A stretch of DNA of 5,919 nucleotides from the NCBI GenBank assembly GCA_964426185.1, contig CAYRPF010000118.1, forward strand, positions 1-5,919. Reading direction: 5' to 3'. This DNA comes from an uncultured archaeon. Lineage in GTDB: Archaea > Asgardarchaeota > Lokiarchaeia > Sigyniarchaeales > Promethearchaeaceae. Positions 1 through 4,777 of the stretch are shown piece after piece (within the stretch, counting starts at the first letter, position 1; each line of letters begins with the position of its first letter). The position numbers and the translations under genes were made by a program. The notes beneath the pieces were generated by a model. That model was not told where the DNA came from and made no database searches. It saw only the letters and a program-made list of their open reading frames with translations.

Positions 1-7
1 TTTTTTG

Positions 8-100
8 AATTGGAGTCGCCATGAGTCCCACGCGCCCCCTAAAAAGGCGGCTCAGTTGTATGAGGTTTTACCATTAAGCTTACCTCCGTCGCACAAGAAA
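8..100. other. GC-rich structured non-coding element, candidate ncRNA or cis-element of unknown class
   Basis: Hand count gives 46/84 G+C (~55%) over 11-94 against AT-rich flanks. On +, GAGTCGCC(13-20) pairs with GGCGGCTC(46-53), extendable by AATT(8-11)/AGTT(54-57). A second hairpin is closed by GAGGT(62-66)/ACCTC(82-86). No family recognised, and the element may continue beyond the window edge. Confidence 0.45.
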
Positions 101-414
101 AGAAAAGATATTATATGGATAGTTGATATGAAATTGGCCTAAGTATTTAAATAATTGAATATATAAACGAAAAGTATGAGATTAATCGTTCCAACGCGAT
201 AAATAATATAAATTGCAGTTTAAACATCATTCTAGGATCTTTAGGTTCAAAAATCTTCTCAATTCGCATTTTTCGCGCAGATTTAGAAAGATCTATGGTG
301 TTAGAACTCATCATCAATTCAACATATTTCTTAGAAGTTAAGAAAAATCTATGTGGAAGGATATTTATATCTTCCGCTATATATTCCAAAAAACCATTTG
401 CAGTGCAAACCAGC

Positions 415-443
415 AAAAAAAAAAGAAAAAAATTTCGAAAAAA
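415..443 (-). terminator. Archaeal-type oligo-T terminator of the minus-strand gene cluster
   Basis: A-runs on + (A10 415-424, A7 426-432, A6 438-443) are T-tracts on -, starting 7 bp after the TAA at 450-452. Confidence 0.6.
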
Positions 444-449
444 GAATAG

Positions 450-1046
450 TTATACTCGCCAGCGCATATAAGCTGGTCCTAAGAAGCAGATACATAATGC
501 AGGAACTAAAACAAACAATCCTCCCCAGCCTTGAGTAAATACTTCCAATATTATACCTAATAAGAGCATTTTTGGTAAGCGTAATTTTCCGAGTACTACG
601 ATATCGTTTACCAAAAAGTTGTAATCTCTAGCTGCAATTTTCTTTGAAAAAGGTAATACAAAAAAGAAGATCAGTAAACCCGACAGAATCGCACCAATCA
701 TCATCCAGATTCCAGAACCAATCGCCGCATTTCCGATATTTCCTCCGATATTTCTATTCAGTGCAATTCCACCAATTAATGCTATTATACCCGCAATCAG
801 ATAAACGAGGATATTTCCTATCAACACAAGCCATGACCACTTCCCCGTAAAGACTACGTATTTTTCGATAGTATTCCAGACATTTTTGTTGGTATTCTCA
901 TAGGAAATCATACCAGGTGCATCAGCAGTATTAATTTTGGTGTTAGCATCTGCTTGGGATTCCATATCAAATCCACATTGACTGCATATGCTTTTTCCTT
1001 CTAATATTGCCCCACAATTGGGACAAAATTTCTGTTCTGTTGACAT
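450..1046 (-). CDS. Zinc-ribbon domain-containing integral membrane protein (198 aa from ATG 1046; the ORF track starts at GTG 1055)
   Basis: N-terminal FCPNCG..ICSQCG (CxxC-x9-CxxC) zinc ribbon, then a polar linker and 3-4 hydrophobic segments (WSWLVLIGNILVYLIAGIIALIGGIAL; AIGSGIWMMIGAILSGLLIFFFVLP; MLLLGIILEVF..GGLFVLVPALCICFLG). The GTG at 1055 lies within an SD-like AGTGAT just upstream of ATG 1046, which favours 1046 as the start. Confidence 0.8.
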   Translation of the reverse strand: MSTEQKFCPNCGAILEGKSICSQCGFDMESQADANTKINTADAPGMISYENTNKNVWNTIEKYVVFTGKWSWLVLIGNILVYLIAGIIALIGGIALNRNIGGNIGNAAIGSGIWMMIGAILSGLLIFFFVLPFSKKIAARDYNFLVNDIVVLGKLRLPKMLLLGIILEVFTQGWGGLFVLVPALCICFLGPAYMRWRV

Positions 1047-1118
1047 ACATATCACTTAATATAACAATATTTAGCTGTTTTTAACAGTATTTTCATACGT
1101 TAATGGTTCTAAAATGCT

Positions 1119-1646
1119 TTAATTTCTTTTAAAAGTTACCTCAATTCTCCGATAGAAAAAAAGGAGGTTATCATATTGCTGAGGTGAAATTCTTACTCCC
1201 TCTGGAAGAATTCCTGCCGGAGAGAAGGAAAATTTTTTTAGGAGCTTAATACTGGCGATATTTTCTTGTAAAACTTCCGCAAATAGAATCTGAATATTGC
1301 TATTTTCATCCCGAATTTTTTGTAAAAGAGATTCCATCAAGAGCGTGCCAATTCCTCTTCGTTGATATTCCGGATGAACTTGATAAGACAAAAGACTGAT
1401 ATGATTCAATAAATCCTCGGTTCTTGGCAAGGCATAGATATTTCCAACAAGTTGATCTTCGTATTTAGCAACTAAATAAATGGAATCGGGTTGATCATGT
1501 AAAAAATCTAGAAAATTTCGCATTTCTTCTCGAGAAATTGGTCTTTTGCGGGCCATCCAATGAGAATGTGATATTTCTTGATTATGCAATTTAATATTTT
1601 CATCAAAATCATCTGATGTGATTGGTTGTATTTTTATTTGTTCCAT
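1119..1646 (-). CDS. GNAT family N-acetyltransferase (175 aa)
   Basis: Acetyl-CoA-binding motif A VHPEYQRRGIGTLLM (R/QxxGxG), motif B AEVLQENIASIKLLKKFSF, and the typical YLVAKYEDQLVG strand. AAAGGA lies upstream of the ATG. Substrate unknown. Confidence 0.92.
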   Translation of the reverse strand: MEQIKIQPITSDDFDENIKLHNQEISHSHWMARKRPISREEMRNFLDFLHDQPDSIYLVAKYEDQLVGNIYALPRTEDLLNHISLLSYQVHPEYQRRGIGTLLMESLLQKIRDENSNIQILFAEVLQENIASIKLLKKFSFSPAGILPEGVRISPQQYDNLLFFYRRIEVTFKRN

Positions 1647-1700
1647 GCGGTTTGGATTCCTTTTTTTGTCAGTATTTTTGAAGTAAAATTAAAGAACAAA

Positions 1701-1922
1701 TCATGTGCCCGAGTAAAAAGATGCTTTCTTCAATCTATCGATTTCTTTGGCAAAGAGTGTACGAAATGGGAATTGAACTTTAATTTTGAATTCCAATTTC
1801 TGTTGGTTAAGTCGATTAATTAAATTTTCTGCTTCGGTTCTTGTATCAAAATGAAACTCTTCCGAACCGCCATGTGGCTTGGATAAAATTATCCCGTATT
1901 TTACATTAAAATTATTGCTCAC
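1701..1922 (-). CDS. Small hypothetical protein (73 aa, GTG start)
   Basis: Co-oriented and closely spaced with the GNAT gene, with protein-like composition. A BRE/TATA-like element sits 20 bp upstream of the GTG. No family recognised. Confidence 0.6.
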   Translation of the reverse strand: MSNNFNVKYGIILSKPHGGSEEFHFDTRTEAENLINRLNQQKLEFKIKVQFPFRTLFAKEIDRLKKASFYSGT

Positions 1923-1942
1923 AATCAGAGATTATCTCTATC

Positions 1943-1957
1943 TGTATAAAATTTTCG
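1943..1957 (-). promoter_or_regulatory. BRE-TATA promoter for the 73-aa ORF/GNAT cluster (probably leaderless)
   Basis: Minus strand reads CGAAAA-T-TTTATACA (1957->1943), matching the archaeal BRE+TATA consensus at leaderless spacing from GTG 1922. Confidence 0.55.
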
Positions 1958-1999
1958 TTATCAATGGCCTAATATTCCGATTCTGGGGGAGAACCAATC

Positions 2000-2101
2000 C
2001 ATATAATGGTATTTTTAACTGACCTCAAATTTGATATGCGTTGAAAAGATTTACGTGTTAGGCACTTGCAAAAGCTTTTTGAGCCTACCAACATCTTGAT
2101 G
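2000..2101 (+). pseudogene. Non-coding diverged copy of an internal 102-bp segment of the downstream GTPase gene
   Basis: Ungapped 94/102 identity with 2289-2390. It translates as HIMVFLTDLKFDMR*KDLRVRHLQKLFEPTNILM versus HTMVFLTDPKLDMRWKDLRVRHLQKLFEPTNILM, with TGG->TGA at 2042-2044. The offset of 289 bp puts it out of frame with the gene. Confidence 0.9.
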
Positions 2102-2105
2102 TCAT

Positions 2106-2789
2106 ATGCCTCGATATTTTTCTACTCCCAAATATGTAACGATCGATCTGTTTGGAAAGGTGGGAGTAGGAAAAACAACCATATTTAATCATTTTGCAGG
2201 GGATCGCTTGTTAAAAGATGGGGGAAATCTTTCCTATGATTATAGAATTTACTTTGCAAGATGTTGGATTTTACCACGAAGATGGGAGCATACAATGGTA
2301 TTTTTAACTGACCCTAAATTGGATATGCGCTGGAAAGATTTACGCGTTAGGCATTTGCAAAAGCTTTTTGAGCCTACCAACATCTTGATGATAGTTACAG
2401 ATAGTACACGGGAGGATGTACTTGCAGTTAGGGAATCATTTAGTATGTATCCTAAAATTAAGCGAAAACTTATCATTTTTGTAATCGCAAATCAACAAGA
2501 TCTTCCTGGACGTTTACCACTTTCTGAAATTAAAGAAATACTTCAAATGAAAGATGTAATTGGGATTAATGCCACCGATCCTGCATGTATACCCGTTTTA
2601 GAAAAATTCTTTGAAACGGCAGTGTTACGGTATTTTTCCATGTTAGCTAAAAAAGGCCAAGCAATGATGGTGTTGGATGAAGAAGAAATCGGGTTTGGTG
2701 CAAAAATAAAACAGAAAGAAAAAAAAGAAGGGAGATTCTCACATCGAATCCAACAAATTAAAGAAAAATTAGATAAAAATAGAAAATAA
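2106..2789 (+). CDS. Atypical Arf/Ras-superfamily small GTPase-like protein (227 aa) with a basic C-terminal tail
   Basis: P-loop GKVGVGKTT (aa 17-25); IVTDST (Arf-type VVDS); ANQQDLP (aa 128-134, cf. Arf ANKQDLP); G5-like INAT (154-157). The G3 position reads LTDPKL instead of DxxG. The C-terminus is Lys/Arg-rich. Confidence 0.85.
   Translation: MPRYFSTPKYVTIDLFGKVGVGKTTIFNHFAGDRLLKDGGNLSYDYRIYFARCWILPRRWEHTMVFLTDPKLDMRWKDLRVRHLQKLFEPTNILMIVTDSTREDVLAVRESFSMYPKIKRKLIIFVIANQQDLPGRLPLSEIKEILQMKDVIGINATDPACIPVLEKFFETAVLRYFSMLAKKGQAMMVLDEEEIGFGAKIKQKEKKEGRFSHRIQQIKEKLDKNRK
2289..2390 (+). repeat. Intragenic copy of the 102-bp direct repeat (GTPase codons 62-95)
   Basis: Direct repeat of 2000-2101. 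The last 36 bp (2355-2390 vs 2066-2101) are identical. Confidence 0.92.
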
Positions 2790-2821
2790 AAAAACAATCT
2801 AAATTTGATCTGTTCTTTTTT
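2788..2821. terminator. Bidirectional oligo-T terminator region between the convergent GTPase and hcp genes
   Basis: T6 on + at 2816-2821 follows the GTPase stop. A7 on + at 2788-2794 (T7 on -) follows the hcp stop. Confidence 0.45.
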
Positions 2822-4508
2822 ACTTTCCAGCAAGCATGGCTGCAATATCGCCTTGAACGGAATCAATCGGCATAATATTGAATTTCTCGACCAGTACTTT
2901 TGCAACATTTTCAGATAAGAACGCAGGAAGAGTGGGACCTAATCGAATGTTTTTCACACCCAAATAAAGTAATGCCAGCAGCACTATTACAGCTTTTTGT
3001 TCGTACCAGGCAATATCAAATGAGATAGGCAGATCGTTTATAGATTCGGTTTCAAATATTTCGGCTAACTTCAAAGCCACAACTGCTAAAGAGTAGGAGT
3101 CATTGCACTGTCCCGCATCAATTACCCGGGGAATTCCTCCGATGTCTCCCAAATCCAACTTATTATACCTATATTTAGCGCACCCAGCAGTTAAAATTAT
3201 TGTATCATTCGGTAGATTTTTCGCAACCTCGGTATAATACTGGCGACTTTTCATTCTTCCATCACATCCTGCCATTACAATAAATCGGCGTAAGGCTCCA
3301 CTTTTGATAGCATCAATTATTTTATCCGCTACCCCAAGAATTGATTCATGGGCAAAACCTGTCATCACGGTTCCGTCTTCTATTTGTGTGGGGCTTGGAA
3401 GTTTTAATGCCAGATTTATTAATTCAGAGAAGTCTTTCGGTTGATTTCCTCTCCTATCTGAGATCCGTTTGAGACCTTTAAAGCCAACTGCACCTGTGAC
3501 AAAAACCCGGTCTTTATAACTCTTTTTAGGTGGGACCAAGCAGTTTGTCGTCATCAAAATGGCACCATTGAATGATTCAAATTCTTTAGTTTGATGCCAC
3601 CATGATCCTCCATAATTTCCAACTAAATGGGGGTATTTTCTCAATTCTGGATAGCCATGTGCCGGGAGCATTTCACCATGAGTATAAATATTGATCCCCT
3701 TATCTTTTGTTTGTTCGAGTAATTCATATAAATCTCGTAAATCATGACCGCTCACCAAAATGGCTGGACCTTTTTTTACGCCAAGATTTACTTTTGTGGG
3801 TGTTGGATGCCCATAGGTGCTAGTGTTTGCCTCATCAAGCAATGCCATTCCTTTTACACCGAATTCACCCACTTTCATCACGATTCCCACCCAATCATCC
3901 ACAGATAAGGATTCATCCTGCATTTGAACAAGGGTTTTTTCTAAAAATTGATAAATTTCAGGATTTTCATATCCCAAAACCATGGCATGTTCCAAATAAG
4001 CTGCCAATCCCTTCAATCCAATAATTGCAAGATCCTTTAAAGAGCGAAGATCTACATCAAACATAGACAGCGGATCTTGCATCTTTCCCTTTAAAACTAA
4101 AGCATCTAAGTTTTCTTCAGTGATATTATCTTCCCATTCGGTCCATTGAGGGGCGTTTTCCACACCATCCAATTTTTTAGAACCGCTGGCAAGTTTTTCT
4201 CGGATTTTTTCCTTCAAAGTCTTTCGAAGTTCGATTCCTTGCTTTATCTGGTTCAAAAACCATTTATTGTCGAAGTTGGCATTCGTTATTGTGGCAAATA
4301 GCGTTTTTATAATATGATGAGATCCTGCAGTAGTTTCTAACTGCACTTTTCGAGCCAGTTCATTCCAATAAGCCATTTGCTTGCATACAAATAAGGCTAA
4401 ATAATGCAAATTTGTCGTATCAGAGGGCTTTCCACAAACGCCTCGTATGGTACATCCCTTGTTATTCAAAGCCTCTTGGCATTGATAACAAAACATTTTT
4501 TGTTCCAT
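2820..4508 (-). CDS. hcp: Hybrid cluster protein (prismane protein / hydroxylamine reductase / NO reductase), class I-type, 562 aa
   Basis: N-terminal MFCYQCQE..GCTIRGVCGK (C-x2-C-x8-C-x5-C cubane motif) and TITNANFD. Hybrid-cluster ligand motifs are all present: VSGHDL, YTHGEMLPAH, MTTNCL, MAGCDG, TAGCAKYRY, DAGQCNDSYS, AWYEQKAV. RLGPTLPAFLS is also present. Confidence 0.98.
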   Translation of the reverse strand: MEQKMFCYQCQEALNNKGCTIRGVCGKPSDTTNLHYLALFVCKQMAYWNELARKVQLETTAGSHHIIKTLFATITNANFDNKWFLNQIKQGIELRKTLKEKIREKLASGSKKLDGVENAPQWTEWEDNITEENLDALVLKGKMQDPLSMFDVDLRSLKDLAIIGLKGLAAYLEHAMVLGYENPEIYQFLEKTLVQMQDESLSVDDWVGIVMKVGEFGVKGMALLDEANTSTYGHPTPTKVNLGVKKGPAILVSGHDLRDLYELLEQTKDKGINIYTHGEMLPAHGYPELRKYPHLVGNYGGSWWHQTKEFESFNGAILMTTNCLVPPKKSYKDRVFVTGAVGFKGLKRISDRRGNQPKDFSELINLALKLPSPTQIEDGTVMTGFAHESILGVADKIIDAIKSGALRRFIVMAGCDGRMKSRQYYTEVAKNLPNDTIILTAGCAKYRYNKLDLGDIGGIPRVIDAGQCNDSYSLAVVALKLAEIFETESINDLPISFDIAWYEQKAVIVLLALLYLGVKNIRLGPTLPAFLSENVAKVLVEKFNIMPIDSVQGDIAAMLAGK

Positions 4509-4558
4509 GGTAGTTGACCTTTGCTTTTAGTTAACTTAAGTCTATGTGTCATATGTTT

Positions 4559-4572
4559 TCTTAAAATTTTAT
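4559..4572 (-). promoter_or_regulatory. Candidate BRE-TATA promoter of hcp
   Basis: Minus strand reads ATAAAA-TTTTAAGA (4572->4559), about 50 bp upstream of the hcp ATG. The AT-rich context limits specificity. Confidence 0.35.
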
Positions 4573-4580
4573 CACTATTG

Positions 4581-4598
4581 TTTACTTCTAAAAGTAAA
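4581..4598. promoter_or_regulatory. Perfect 7-4-7 inverted repeat, candidate operator upstream of hcp
   Basis: TTTACTT-CTAA-AAGTAAA lies just upstream of the candidate BRE/TATA. Confidence 0.35.
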
Positions 4599-4777
4599 TT
4601 TTGCCTATTTCTTCTATCCAATAACTCATTAATGAAACTGGGCATTTGATCCCATTTTTTTCCTTTCCAATGTATAGGGTTCCGTGTGTTAGAATACAAT
4701 AATGTAACGGGTCCTGCCCTTCTTATTGAAAGAGTTTTTCTTCCTTACTTGATTTTTTTTTTAATCTTCTCCTTTTT

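Noticed and set aside
11-92. Canonical tRNA (including tRNA-Sec/Pyl), fluoride riboswitch, SECIS or H/ACA RNA
   Set aside because: No TTCRA T-loop, only a 4-bp acceptor-like pairing and no 7-nt anticodon loop. The fluoride P1 helix cannot form. No SECIS helix follows ATGA. ACA spacing does not fit the 14-16 nt rule.
147-416. 89-aa minus-strand ORF (faint transposase-like RIEKIF)
   Set aside because: TTG start lies inside the terminator T-tract, there are no supporting DDE motifs or terminal repeats, and it overlaps a palindrome-rich spacer. It cannot be excluded but is unsupported.
353-538. 61-aa plus-strand ORF
   Set aside because: Runs through a poly-A tract and overlaps the zinc-ribbon gene antisense.
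644-850. 68-aa plus-strand ORF
   Set aside because: Antisense shadow of the zinc-ribbon membrane gene.
1075-1087. CTGTT-N3-AACAG containing a SurR-like GTT-N3-AAC
   Set aside because: Single short site without the extended N5-GTT half. SurR is characterised in Thermococcales, and chance occurrence is likely.
1626-1823. 65-aa plus-strand ORF
   Set aside because: Antisense to the GNAT start and to the better-supported 73-aa ORF.
110-2007. 11-bp inverted match ATCCATATAAT (110-120 vs 1997-2007) and 8-bp direct match TGGCCTAA (135-142 vs 1965-1972) as ends of an invertible or mobile segment
   Set aside because: Matches this short are expected by chance in 6 kb of AT-rich DNA, and no recombinase or transposase is present.
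2042-2044. In-frame TGA as selenocysteine
   Set aside because: It aligns to Trp (TGG), not Cys, lies in a short out-of-frame fragment, and no SECIS is evident.
2000-2390. Diversity-generating retroelement TR/VR pair
   Set aside because: Only 1 of 8 mismatches is at a sense-strand adenine of the upstream copy. Five of 8 are A on its minus strand, but that also fits ordinary C->T drift. The target is mid-gene rather than a C-terminal CLec/Ig domain, and there is no reverse transcriptase in the window.
2249-2908. Minus-strand ORFs 2249-2476 and 2543-2908
   Set aside because: Antisense shadows of the GTPase; the second also overlaps the hcp 3' end.
3827-4024. 65-aa plus-strand ORF
   Set aside because: Entirely antisense within hcp.
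4466-4699. 77-aa minus-strand ORF upstream of hcp
   Set aside because: TTG start, 43-bp out-of-frame overlap with the conserved hcp N-terminus, spans the likely hcp promoter and has no motif.
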